Below, piece after piece: positions 13,377-26,098 of a stretch of DNA of 50,095 nucleotides. A program made the translations under genes and the position numbers. The stretch comes from Catajapyx aquilonaris (Eukaryota), in NCBI GenBank assembly GCA_000934665.2, contig KZ538742.1, positions 1 through 50,095 of the forward strand, written 5' to 3'. Each line of letters opens with the position of its first letter. Position 1 is the first letter of the stretch. The notes below the pieces were generated by a model. That model was given only the letters and a program-made list of their open reading frames with translations, was not told where the DNA came from and did no database searches.

Positions 13377-14829
13377 GTGAGTATCGAATTTTTAATCGTT
13401 GTTACTGTTTTTGTCATTGTGCATGTTATGGGTTCAGTACATGCTATGGTCGCATAGAAAATAATTCCGTCTGCGATTTTGACTAAACCCTGGTATTTGC
13501 AGTCGCCTCGTATCATATTCGCGATGATCCTGCAGGTCCCTGTGCCTTGGGTGTGACGGCCCACCACACAGCCGCTATTAATCGGAGGGATCCCTAAATT
13601 CGGAAATTTCCATGCAGCTCCGCACAAAGACCTGCTGTCCGAGTGTCATCAAACCCGCAACCATTTGCGGCCGAAATGAACACTTCTTTTTTTGCACCGT
13701 AACAATCCCCCCCACCCATGTCCCCACTTTTGCCGGGTGTGTGGGGTCTGCGGGAAAGGGGTGGCGGGTAGGACGGCAGATCATGTCATTGCCATCAATG
13801 GATTGTTTGACCAGGTTCTTGTATCAAGCAGGGCTCGTTCCCCGGATCCACCCTCGAAATGATTATAGAGTAGTCTACAATCGGCCCAGGACTCCCGTTC
13901 CATTAGTTCCACAGGGTCAATCATCGGTCCCCAAACTGCTTCGAATGGATCTTTTTACCGCAAGCTCTTGATCTGGTTAAAGGCCGAACATGGATGTAAC
14001 TTACTCATGGGAATGTACTGTACCTCAAATGTTAGGAGGAAACTAGTTACCCTGTGGGTAAGTTATACCTCCGGTGTCCAGACTAAAAGTTGGACGCCTC
14101 AGGGAGTAGCCCGTACTTTTCGGACGAATGTTCACGTAGCAAGACAATGCGAAAGTTGCGTATCCTATATACAGTATTAACACGTTTCCGTCATGTCGTG
14201 GCGCTATACAATTTCGGAAGGAAGCGGTATGCGCCATGTACTGATTTCCTTCCCAACTTCTTGTACAAAACATAGCTGTGTGTTGTAACGGGCATTTATG
14301 ACTAGTTATTTCAAGAAAGGGCTGAGATGGTATTTCTTAAGGCACTGTACACCCTCTATCTTAATGCTTGGAGGCACAGTTTCAATAACTTGAAAATCCA
14401 ATTACAAGCTTAGTATTTTACACAAAGTGAACGTAAATGAGCAGTATATTTCGCGATTTTGCTAATTAGCTGGCATATGCGTAGAGTGGGTATTATTCTT
14501 TTGCGGCAAATTCGCTTAGTAGGTATATTCTAGATCACAAAAAATTGCCGGGACCACGATCGATGCAACAAAAAAAACGCATGCATTTGGTTACAACACT
14601 GGGGTCGTTCGGCTGAAAGAGCGTTTTGCAGGAAATGAGCGAGAAAATAGAACGAGTGGCTAGCAATTTCGTGCCGTTCAGAATACCGCCGGAGATTCTG
14701 TCTACAGGGTGGACAGTAACGCGCATAATGGGCAGGCAATAAGGCCAAAAGTGTTACATAATTTTTCGAGAGGCTGGCAGGTGCAATAATCAGGTAAGTT
14801 TGTATGGAGATTGCACCGGTGACATGAGC

Positions 14830-15513
14830 ACTGCAGTACTGACAACCAAACTAACTCTTCTTACCCTCCTAAATTTTGAAATTTTTTGGATTTTCTAATT
14901 CTGCTTGACCTATAGTGTTGTATCAACAGTTCAAAAAGAATTGTCCCAGTCATCCTGATGTGTGTGCTGCCCGTTCGACACACACCATGTAACTTACATG
15001 GTGTGTGTCGAGCGGCCAGCCCACACGTCAGGATGACTGGGACAGTTCTTTTTGCACTGTTGATACAAACATCACCTCTGCTGCTAATTTTCGCAGGGTT
15101 AAAATACAAGCCAAAAGTCGAAAAGACCGAAATTCCGATGCCACAACACCTGCATCCGGTCGTGGGTTGCGGGGGCCAGTCGCGGATCGTCGCGGCTGAT
15201 ATCAGTGATATGTAAATGATTGATTAAATTTGATTCATAAATTGCTACACAAAATCGATTTCGAAGCGTGTGAGGTCATATTCTACTTGCTCGCGCCACC
15301 CTAGAGCGCGCTACAATCGCGGCGACCGGGGACCCGCGACCGGCTGCTAGGTGTTGTGGCTTCGGATATCGCGTTTAGCTTGTATTTTGACGTGAAAATT
15401 AGCAGCAGAGGTGATGTTTGCACAACACTATAGGCCAAGCAGAATGAGAAAATCCAAAAAATTTCAAAATTTAGGAGGGTAAGAAGAGTTACTTTGGTTG
15501 TGAGACCTGCAGT
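14830..15513. mobile_element. Foldback element whose left arm is interrupted by the 141-bp palindrome
   Basis: acaaccaaactaactcttcttaccctcctaaattttgaa.. mirrored at ~15390-15513. Confidence 0.85.
14923..15063. mobile_element. 141-bp palindromic MITE, TA TSD (copy 1)
   Basis: TA|tcaacagt...actgttga|TA; near-identical inverted copy at 27919-28059. Confidence 0.92.
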
Positions 15514-15892
15514 TTCAGTTTTCTAACTGGTGATGAGTTTATGAATGTGAGGCAAGCAATGCATAAGCCCTATAGAACCGTTGCTGAATATAAGGCTGGT
15601 TCCGAGGTTTCACACGCTTTTGAGCCTATTTGTTTTGCCCGAAAGTCTCTGTGAAATATCATGTCACGCCAGTTCATTTTGGCTGATGTTGAGCAACTTT
15701 TTTGCTCGCATTTCACTGGATGTTGACGCGGATAACAAGCAGTCGCGGTTTGTGACGATAAGAAACTGTGGGCGATGACGACTGAGTTGAATTACCCCCA
15801 TTTTTGTTTTTGTTTTTCTACTTGATTCTGTCGGGATATACAATTAGAGCAAATGGGTGTACTGAAATGTATAATGACTTTTCTTTCCGCAG

Positions 15893-16004
15893 GATTCGCG
15901 CACCAAACACAGGTTCAAAGTTCACACCTATGGCAGCCCCACCTTTTGCGACCACTGCGGTTCATTATTGTATGGCGTCATCCATCAAGGAATGAAATGT
16001 GACG
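15893..16004 (+). CDS. Pkc53E: PKC exon, C1B N-terminal half: [37 protein letters not shown]
   Basis: ttttctttccgcag acceptor, gtaagg donor, 112 nt. Confidence 0.97.
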
Positions 16005-18822
16005 GTAAGGAGCTGCTTTTGGGGGCTTTGAGTGTTAAGATGCATGCCGCGCGTATTGCAATATGAATATGTGAATATGAATAGATTGCTTTCAACATTC
16101 TTGAGTCGTTCTCTAATGTTGACTTGAAAAGCTATGAAAATTCTCGTTGTCAGTAGCTTTCCGCAGGAATTGAGATCTTAAGAGTATCCTTTATCTGCGG
16201 GAAGCTGGCACGCACCTAGGAATTCAGGTCAGATATCGGTCTAAGAGGAGACGCGCTATTCAAACGCGGAGAACAGAAGAGAAGAAGTAGTAAAGAAATT
16301 AGAAACCTCAAGACTATGATGTGTTTGGCACAAGTTTCACCCAAATCCGTCAATTGGATTCCGCGATAGGAAGAGAGCTTTCCCACCGCCTACCACCCCT
16401 CTTTCTGCTTTACTTCCCTTGTATCCTATTGCAAACGGAAATTCATGGGGTCCAATGCATTGACTCAGGTTGCGGTTCACTTGGTGCTGACGTAACCACG
16501 AACCACTGCGAGGATGGGCTTGATGACAATGATGATGATACAGGGCGTAAGCGCTCTAGTTCAATTTGCATTCATCGCCTTATTTGAGATGTATTGTACA
16601 GATATTATGAAACGGGCTTCTGTAGCTGAAAGTAATGCGAGGGCCTCGAGGCAGAAATGAGGAATTTTTCTTATTATGCAGGTTATACCGCAGGTGTAGG
16701 ACGTCACTCTGAGCCGAAAAATCCTACGACATTTTGTCATACATCTGCTGAGCCCCCTCCAAAGTCTTCACCGAAATATTTTTAAGTAGCGATTTTAGTA
16801 AGCAGTGATTGTCCAAATTCGATGCGCAGTAAAGGCTGAGAAAAACCTCACTGGCCCAGTTTGACATACTGTATGATCAAGTATCAGTGTGCGCTGTTCG
16901 AATAATGCAAACCAGAATGTCTAATGCTACTCGTTTAGTGCAAATTAAAATACAGTGGCAAAAATCCCCCATCAATTTGAGCGATTTGGAACGTGTCGTA
17001 ATCGCGTCACTGTGGCATAATTAGTAACTCGTTCCATATCGCCGTTTATTTGCCTTTTTTCTGTTTTTTTTTTTTTTACTCGCCTAACATTCTTACTGTA
17101 AGCGTAGTTCAGCATCCTTTGGGTTTGGAGAGTCCACCCTTGACATAATTATTAATGGGGATCAATAACGGAAGGTAACTAGTGCCACCACTTTCCATAA
17201 GTTAGTGGTAGGGTATGACTTTAAAAGTGGTGATATTAGTGGCCAGCTTTATTAGGTGCAATACTGTAGTGTAATAGCCAATAAATATTGAAGTATTGAG
17301 TATTTTTAGTAGTATAAGTGCTTACTAGCCATGGGAGACTTCACTCCTATTGTGTTAGCAGTTGACATTTCAGTCAACGTAAACCCAATTTATGCTTGAC
17401 TTTTGCCAGTGTTCTATCTGCACGAGCGCGGCTAATCCTTACAAGCGAAATCCTGTAACCTGCTTAACTTGATGGATTCCAATTACCAAGTGAACTCTTA
17501 TTTTCTTCCGAGCTTGCGATTCCTTTGCTTCTTTTCACAATATTACGTTTAAATGCATTGAAGCTAGATGGATAACGAATAAGAACAGTCGGGCCTACTG
17601 TTCGGCTAATTTAGTTAGGCCCCTGCAATATTTCCTGCGCTTGAGATGTACTGGGGCGTTTCTGCTCTGAAATTACGAGATCTATACGAAAGGTGCCTTC
17701 CGTACCAACTATATACAGTATACGATATATATTTCCGGAGACGAACAATAATTTCGATTATTCTGATGGAAACAAACAACGATTGGTTAAGAAGTCAAGG
17801 GGATGGGACGAACCTTTCGTTTCGGTATCATAATTTAGGGGAAGATACTCCCTGGGCACTTCTCCTGAAGTCGGCGCAGTCACTTGGGGCCGAATCCTTT
17901 CCGTATGATTGGGACGAGAGGACATGCGTCGGAAGAAATTGTCGTTTGATCCCAATTTTGCAGTTGCGACAGTCAAAGATCGTTTCAAGTGTAATTTAAT
18001 ATTTGCTAGATCTTTACGCTCGGATTTTTAATATTCGATATTGTTCTTATAGTCAGTTGCAAGTAATTTTTGCTATTCCTGATGGCTGAATTGGCCAACA
18101 TTATGTTTAGACCTTATCATTAAATTGGGGCCGTTTTTGGGCTCTTGGCTTTGTTCAAAAATATATAAAAATGTGTGGTTTAGGTTTAAAATATAGTTAA
18201 TCACTGTATAGAGAAAATGAGTTATTGATACCATAGTCATCTTTCAATCTGGCGCTTCCCAACACCTGAAAATGGCTTTGTTTCAAATGCCACAGCTTCC
18301 ATAGTTCGGGGTTTTGAATATGGACGTGGCATCATGAACATGCATTTGGCCATTCTGCGCGTACAAAACACAGTACGTTCACGATAGCATTGGTCATTAC
18401 CAATAGTGTTTTTTGTATGAAACACTTTTTATTCCGGGTTTGTAAGCTTTGAAGTCACCGATAGTAGTATATTTTCCGCCTTTTCAAAGGGTTGTAATAC
18501 TTGTTTTCATTCGCTCTCATTTCGTATTTTGAGACTGCATGGACAAATTACATTTCGATTCAACATTTCCCAATATGTTTCAATGTTTGACCCCGGAAGT
18601 CGAAGGCTCACTTAATTAATTTAAGTCATCTGCGGGAGTCATCTGTGGCAGTTTTACTTTGATCAAGGGACTACCTGTAAGAATCAATTGTATATCAGCC
18701 TGTAAATGCAAGCGAATTTCGCACATGGGGTAATACAATCCTACGCCAATGCATGTGGGGTACAATATACCTGGGTTGCCCTGTGTGTCTAGGGGAAGGC
18801 AAATGTGATCGTTTGTCTATAG

Positions 18823-18992
18823 CAGTGGTTCTTAACCTTTTCGTGCCTCCGCACCCTTTGAAGAGAGTTGGTCCTTGTCGCACCCCCTATACCAGGGGTA
18901 ATTGATTAAGTTCATAGTTAGACTAAGTCCAGAGGCGCACCTTGCTCGTACCCCCAGGGGAGCTATCTCGCACCCCAGGTTAAGAACCACTG
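18823..18992. mobile_element. 170-bp hAT (Charlie-like) MITE
   Basis: TIR cagtggttcttaacct / aggttaagaaccactg; 8-bp TSD gtctatag / gtctataa. Confidence 0.9.
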
Positions 18993-19590
18993 GTCTATAA
19001 TTACCCGTTGGTTCCTCGATATATTCCACTTGTATTGGGCCAACGGTTACGCTGCGCGGCGGCGGGATCTTCCACTAGTAATGAACACCGTGAATATAGC
19101 ATTAATTGAACGGTTACTATGCAAAAAGTTAAGATTCCTAAAGTTTGGGAAATGAAACTGAGATAGCCATTCCGTATAGGTATTTGTACGAGCCATCCAG
19201 TGGGTATCAAATTGGGACTATCCCCGTGTTGGTCCATTTACGCATAGATTATGCAGTACCCCTCTTCCATCACATGCGACAGTGACACTGACGAATGAAA
19301 ACTCTCCAAATGATCGCCAGGATACGTTGTGAGGCATTTGTACTGAATTTTTGATCCACCATTAAATTTTTTGGCCCTGAAAATGTCATCATTTGCAAGT
19401 TTTTCAGATCTGCCAGACATTCCGTTGCAAAACATTAAAATTCCAGCACATTAAAATATGTATACTAAATTAATTTATAAACATTTAAGTTCCATATTTT
19501 GTGAATGAACACAATGCCGAGACCTGCAATTGCCTAATAATAACATTTTCGATTAAACTTCCGTTTCGTCAGTTAACTGTTTTTTTTTTT

Positions 19591-19936
19591 GTTCATGTCT
19601 TCAATAAGGTCTGGGGACGTAGGTCTGTGTTTCTACTGAAGCTGTGGGGACTAGTCCGCATTGTGGGGACATTTCTCGGTCCCCACAGTGTGTGTGACGT
19701 GTGTGTGACACACTGTGTACTATTAGAGTGGGGACATGTGTAAATTAGTGGGGACATGTCCCCACTATTTTCAGTTGTAGGGTTTCACAAAAGTCAATTT
19801 TTCTCAGCCTAGGTTAGTTAGTAAGTGTAGGTTAGGTTAGGGTAGGTTAGGTTAGGTTAGGTTAGTTTAGTTTAGTTACACTCGCTTCGAAAAGTTGAAT
19901 TTTCACGTCCCCACGCCTTAGTGAAGACAAGGCTTG
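19591..19936 (+). mobile_element. TIR element carrying a (TTAGG)n-like array (copy 1)
   Basis: TIR tgtcttcaataaggtctggggac / gtccccacgccttagtgaagaca; TTAGG array ~19811-19877; homologues at 23161 and 48658. Confidence 0.8.

Positions 19937-19964
<28 letters not shown>
19937..19964. repeat. (GT)n microsatellite
   Basis: Direct reading. Confidence 0.95.
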
Positions 19965-19968
<4 letters not shown>

Positions 19969-22387
19969 CCAAAATGAAGGTGAACTGGAATCTTTTTGCA
20001 TCGTAACCGTTCAATTACGCCAAGCTTGCCGCTGCAACGCGCTCGTCATAAAGTGAATTTGGAACGCATTCAACGTTCAGGTAACGTCACGGTTCCAAAA
20101 GATCTGCTTGAAAAATATTTTCACTCGATGTCAGTAGCTTTTTGAATTCCCTCTATATAATTGACGTCAGAACTGAGAGTTCGTCCTTTGTCAGAATGTG
20201 GTGCTACACATCTGGGCCTCGGTGGTGGCAGCGGCCGTAACTCAATTTTAGGGGAAGTGTCGAATTCGACTTTTTGTCAGGATTCCAACTATTAGACTTC
20301 ACACAACTCTTTTGATCACACTTCTTATATGTACCCAAATGAGAAATGCTGTTACACCTATGTGATCACCTATACAAAATCGGAGATTTTATGTTAATTT
20401 GCGTTTATACAATCGACCTTCGCGGTCTGAAGAATATTTCTTGTCGTCTGAGACCCACATCTACATTAGTGTAGGATTCTGGGTGCGGTAAATGCGATCC
20501 CAATTTTCTGGCAGGCATGATGGTGGAAGCAAATCCTGTTTGCACCCTTCATTGATCCTGTGGTTTGATATAAGTCCGCTGCATGGTATGAGGAGCGTTC
20601 ATTATACCTCCGTACATGATGAGCATGAATCCAACCTATACCCAAGTTCGTAGCAGGTTTCTTGGGATGGTTACGCAAGCACGGTTTGCCTGCGACGTCA
20701 AAGCTTCCCCATCCCCTTTGATGTGTTGAAAACCGCAAGGTGATCATTTCTACATGCTGTAGGTTGTGCGTGTCGTGCAAAGAGAGGGTGCCCGTGGCTT
20801 AATCTGCTTCTATCATGGTATTCAAATCATCAGGCCGTTTCCAATAAGCCCAGTGCGCAATCGTTGTCTTGCTGAATTCATCCTTCTGTGGCTGGCAGTT
20901 ACGCTGCTTGATGTTCCACCCTTTCGGCACTCCAAATTCAATTGTAGGGTGGATGTTATTGAAGGTTTGTTAGCGCCACGTGTGTGACCTTTAGGAAATT
21001 TTACATACCCACATATGCATAGGATCCTATTTATATGGCACTTGTACGGTTGTTAGATTTGTAGTTATTGTGTTAGTTCTTCATTTGCTAATAAGAAAGA
21101 TTTAAAAATTGAGCAAAAACCAGCATCTGGGAGGGGAATTGACTTCCAAACGAATTGTCACAAAAGGATGGGATAAAACAGTTTCAATTTTTTAGATATA
21201 AATTTTTCTATACAATCTTATCACCATTAGCGTGTGCATCACCGAAGCCAATCTTGGAAGAGTTTTTTGAATGCCGAATCCCTCCGAATTCAACCGAAGA
21301 CAAAGAAACCGTGTTATCTGACACCGCTGTGGATGAAAAATGAGCAGATGCTGATGAGATACGGCTGGCTTAGTTGACATATCCGACCAGTACGTTGATA
21401 TTCAGAATCGTGTCAGAGGAAGGAGTTTCTGAGAGATGCTGGCATGTCCAATAGAAGATGGTTCACGTGGGAAGGAGGCTTACTTGATTTTTAAAAAGCA
21501 AACGTGGTGCCACTTGTGCATTCCTTCGAAATGCGGCATTATGACGCTGTTCTGGATCAATAGGGACAAGCTCTGAGCGGCCCTTGGTGTCCTTTTGGAA
21601 ACTTTTTCTATAGTCAAATCTAAGAAAGACGAAAGGATTTGGACACAAGCAGAGTGTATTGAATGAGTGTATATACAATAATTTGCAACCGATTGATTTG
21701 CATGCTAGACATTTTTGTTACTTAAGAGACATAGTGCAACTGAAATCATATTCTGCAAACTGAGCAGAGATTTTTCAAACTTCTCAAGTCGACGTTTTAA
21801 AGAAAAAGTCTTGATGCACTAATTGCAGCATGTCATCGCCATCTTATATCCCCCAAACCCTGATTCTACTCCATTCCCACCCACCCTCAATCTCAATAAC
21901 TAATCCAGAGATGATGAGGTTCAGATTAGTTTATTTGGCGCCACCAAGTCATTATCGAGCCACTATAGCATGATGCAACAGGACAGTTGAGGCTCAGGCG
22001 ACCTTTACAGAGTTAGGAAGAAGCTTAGAAGTGTCGATACGTCGAAAGATATAAACAAGAACTGACAGATCGACACTCGAACAATGCCGAACCCATTGAC
22101 ATATCGAAATGTTTGAAGGATCGATTTCTGTTCAGGAGTGGGTGCGAACGATATTGCAGAGAACCAGGCCGACACATTAGGATGTGAATGATGTGGGAGA
22201 CCATTAAATACGTGGAATGAAAGTAACAGCCTGCAGATTCCTTCTTTCAAAATTAAGATGTACGGGTGAAATATCGGGATAATGTTGCTGTCGTTGCTAC
22301 CAAAGTTAGGAAGCGAGTCAGTAGGATTTGTATGTAGGTGCTGAAGCTCAACATTATGGAGGTTCCGGTAGGTCCGTAATTTATAAT

Positions 22388-23033
22388 TAGAGTCGGGATT
22401 TTTAGGCACGAAAAATCCCGAAATAGGCAGGAAAACACCTCAGGCACAAAAATTTTACTTTTGTGGGCTTATGCAGGATAATGTTACAGAAAATCAAAGA
22501 GAGACACACATTTTATAGGCCTTAAAGTATAAATGTAAGGTATATTTTCTTTCAGTTTATCGTTAACGATAAACTGATAGAAAATCACAAAACCTGGGCC
22601 AAAACACAAAGTGCAAGCAAGTATCAGCACTTGCTTTGGACTCCACGGCTTATATCCCATTTCCACTTGCGCAGTATGTTACCAAATATTTTTCTACACT
22701 ATTTTCATTAGTGAAACTAATTACTTTGAACAATATTTGTCTTTTCGGAAACACAAAAAATACTCCGCAAAAAACATGCCTCTGAAGGAGTAGGTCCGGA
22801 ATTGGCGCAAAAAGTCCCGAAATTGCTTCAAAAAGTTCAAACACTATCCCAAAAAAGGCGCAAAAAGCCAGAATAGGCAAAGTAGTTCCAAAACCCACGA
22901 AGTAGGCAATTTTAGGCACTATAAAACCTATACATTTTCCACATCCTGCTCTTATGAAACGGATAATCTCTTCACAAAACCATCCTAACTGTAAAGTAAC
23001 TAAATAGGCATTTGCCTAAAAATCCGGACTTTA
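22388..23033. mobile_element. 646-bp hAT-like non-autonomous element
   Basis: TIR tagagtcgggatttttaggca / tgcctaaaaatccggacttta; 8-bp flanks tttataat / tttattat; repeated aataggca subterminal motifs. Confidence 0.75.
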
Positions 23034-23160
23034 TTTATTATGGACTTATTGTCATTGCGATATTATTTTGCTGACGAATTTACCTTAGTTGATTTTGGCG
23101 CTTTCGGATTCCTCATGGAGAGAATCGATTGTTACTTTTACTCTCAACGTACAGTACACA

Positions 23161-23510
23161 TGCAATCAGGGATCCAATAGGCTGTGGGGGCAAGAAAAAC
23201 ACACATTTTCGAAGCGAGTGTAAACTGATCTAACCTAACCTAACCATACCTAACCTACCCTAACCTACCCTACCCTAACCTAACCTACCATAATCTAACC
23301 TACCCTACCCTACCTATCCTAGGCTGAGAAACATGGACTTTTGTAAAACCCTACATAACGGAATTGTGGGGACATGTCCCCACTGAAGCAGTACTCCACC
23401 AGGCGTTTTTGCTTTGGGGACGCGAAATGTCCCCACAATATGGAGACTGTCCCCAGAGCTACAGTCAAAACACCAACCTTGGTCCCCAGACCCTATGCGA
23501 GACCTGAACA
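23161..23510 (-). mobile_element. (TTAGG)n-bearing TIR element (copy 2, reversed)
   Basis: (CCTAA/CCCTA)n at ~23230-23320, flanked by ttcgaagcgagtgtaaac and ctaggctgagaaa..ggacttttgt as in copy 1. Confidence 0.8.
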
Positions 23511-25969
23511 GATAAACAATATTGGTCATCCTGCTCTTTATTCCACCCTACAAACACCTGCGCTGCAAGCTTTGCCTAACTCGCAGGATGACAGTATTTT
23601 TCATATTTTGTGATTGAACTTATGGGATTATCTCCTTAATGAAGGCTAAATCGTCAAAATCAACTAGGATAAGTCTTGGAATACCACAACGAACCACAGT
23701 TAGAAAGGAAGTGCTCAAATTGTGGTACACCGTAAGTTATGAATTGGCCGACAAAACTTTTAGAATTTGCTAACGAAAAGTTTTAGCCAGTCTATGATGG
23801 GTCTAATGATTCAAGCTAGATGGCTGTTAAACCTGGAAAAAAACTCATGCAGCATCAACACTGCTTGTGTTCCATACCAGACATTGAATACTTCACAAAG
23901 TTGTAAAAAAGCAAGAATAATGGTGGGGGACCGCGGATGTAATTAAGCTTCACGTGCAAGCGATTTTTGCTGCAAGTTACATGCATATAATATTCCGAAA
24001 GAAAAAAAAAAACTCTGCAGATGAGCCGCGAAAGTTCGCTGATTAATTCGCCAGAGTAGAGTTGTACATCATATCCTCCTGTGTGTAAGTTACTCTCGGA
24101 AATGAATTCCCCCCCCCCCCTCCCCCCCATTTCTATTCATCCTTTCCCATACCTATAGCATCTGTATTTTCCATCGGTATTTGATCCTTCCACCCAACTC
24201 CCAATGTTTAGGCCTATTTTTTTCTTCTTTTTTCGCCTTTTGTGTATCCCTCCCACACTACCTTTGTTCACCTCCAGTCGAAGCTGCAGTACTATCGATT
24301 TGCCTCCCTCCCCGTCATCCTCATCCTCCCACCCATCTACCCTCCCCGCCACCCCCTGCTCCAATCCTCTCTACGCAGCTGTAGGCCTCAGTCCGTCAGT
24401 CGGATTTACAAGCTGAAGGAATTTCCTCTCTTGGCAACAAAAGGCGGTGGTCGGAGGGAACTCCTATTGTCACCATAGGTTCGTTGAACCACGACAATTG
24501 GGGGAGGACCTGGGACGATGCTGGCGAAAGATGGCGTCAAGTCGGGCCCTTTTCACGTAGGATCTGGGATTTAGGTTTTGATCATTGGAGTCCCGGATAC
24601 CAAAAGGTCGGGCACATGTCAAAAAGTTTCAGGGGTCGATGCAACGTGGGATCATAGGACATGTCGATGGTTTATATTAGATGTGACACAATTGTTTCAC
24701 AATTTTGCCTGTTCATGCCAGCCGGCATTTGTGGAAGAAAGGGACAAAATGATACAAAAAAACATCGTCGATTCGTTGCGCCAGCAGTACGTGACATAAC
24801 CATCTAGAAACTTTGTACTGTACATGGAAGTGTCTCGATTTTGAGTTAGCTACAGGAGGCACTGTAGCAGATGGAGAGAGAAGACTGATTGGCGCCATCT
24901 CTCTCTGACGCTTGGCAATACATCACAAGAATGCACTCTCGGAGAAGAACGTGGAAAATTGTTCCAAATGTGTCAAGACAGAAGTTATAACTTGGACTGA
25001 CCTTGAATTTGCTGTGTGGGAAAACCTGGCTGCGGTTGTTAATCGCTTGCCATTAAAGATTTGCGACGGAAACTCTCTCGACTGGGTGTTTTCAATATTA
25101 CCAGAGCAAACATTTTAATCATTCTTACGCTTCACGATATCTGGGCTCCAGAACTGTTGACTTGGCCATACTCCCAAGTCAACATCGAAGTCACTGGAGC
25201 ATCCAGATTTCAAAGCTACTTTTTGCGATAAAAAAATGGAATCAACTAAATTTTTATTAAAACAACGTGTTGGAAAATCTGATGCCGCATTTTTCGACAC
25301 TGGGAAGTCCATAGGCATCACGATGGTATAGGAAGCTGGGAAAGGTTAGTGTGACGGACCGTAACGAAAAGGGAAGAACAACAGTGTGGTGTTTAAACTG
25401 CCAAAAGGCTTCTTCGCCTTCCCCTGTCTCTATCTCCTTAGAACGCGAAAAGCTGCCGTAATCTTGGCACCACGTTTGAAATAAATGTCACCAAGAGAGT
25501 GGAACTGATTATTATAATGTTTCTGCATGTGCATGAACTTCTGCGACATTGAATTGCGAGAGGAGGAAGGGGTTATGTAGCAGTGTGACGTATATTTCAA
25601 GGAGGAAGGTCGGCTAGACTTGATGTTGCGTGACGGGGGGAGAGGTGGAAGGGGGAGGTCATAAAGCCCAATATCAGTCTGACGTCTTTTATGGATGGCC
25701 TCCATGTTTAAGAGCCAAGAAAGTAATTTTCTTATATACGGCACGCCAGAAACACGTCAAAAAAGTGACACGTTCGTCCCTTTTTCTCCGACGATTAAAA
25801 ATGGCGCATTAAGGTCAGGGGAACCAACTGTTTGCCCGACAACGACACCTGACATGAAAGTTTTTGTACTACCAACCTGTTAAGTTACAATATTTGTATA
25901 TTTCCTTCCAGCTATTTTAAAAAAAATCTAGTAAAAGCGCTTGAAATGATAGAACGTTTTATTTTTCAG

Positions 25970-26098
25970 CATGTGACATGAACGTGCACAAACGATGTGA
26001 AGAAAGCGTGCCAAATCTCTGCGGCTGTGATCACACCGAGCGTCGCGGTCGACTCGAGATGAAGATCACCTGCAACGGCAACAAGCTCATCGCCATTG
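25970..26098 (+). CDS. Pkc53E: PKC exon, C1B end and C2 start: (A)[42 protein letters not shown]
   Basis: tttttcag acceptor, gtaagt donor, 129 nt; overlaps ORF 25978..26199. Confidence 0.97.

Noticed and set aside
19811..19877. (TTAGG)n as a true telomere or fusion scar
   Set aside because: Short, degenerate and embedded in conserved flanks of a dispersed element
20780..20975. FNNIHPTIEF on the minus strand resembling a Penelope RT motif
   Set aside because: Single short motif with no supporting flanking motifs; needs an HMM search
25115..25321. SSDFDVDLGV resembling a LINE RT segment
   Set aside because: Lacks QG and DD motifs; too weak to call
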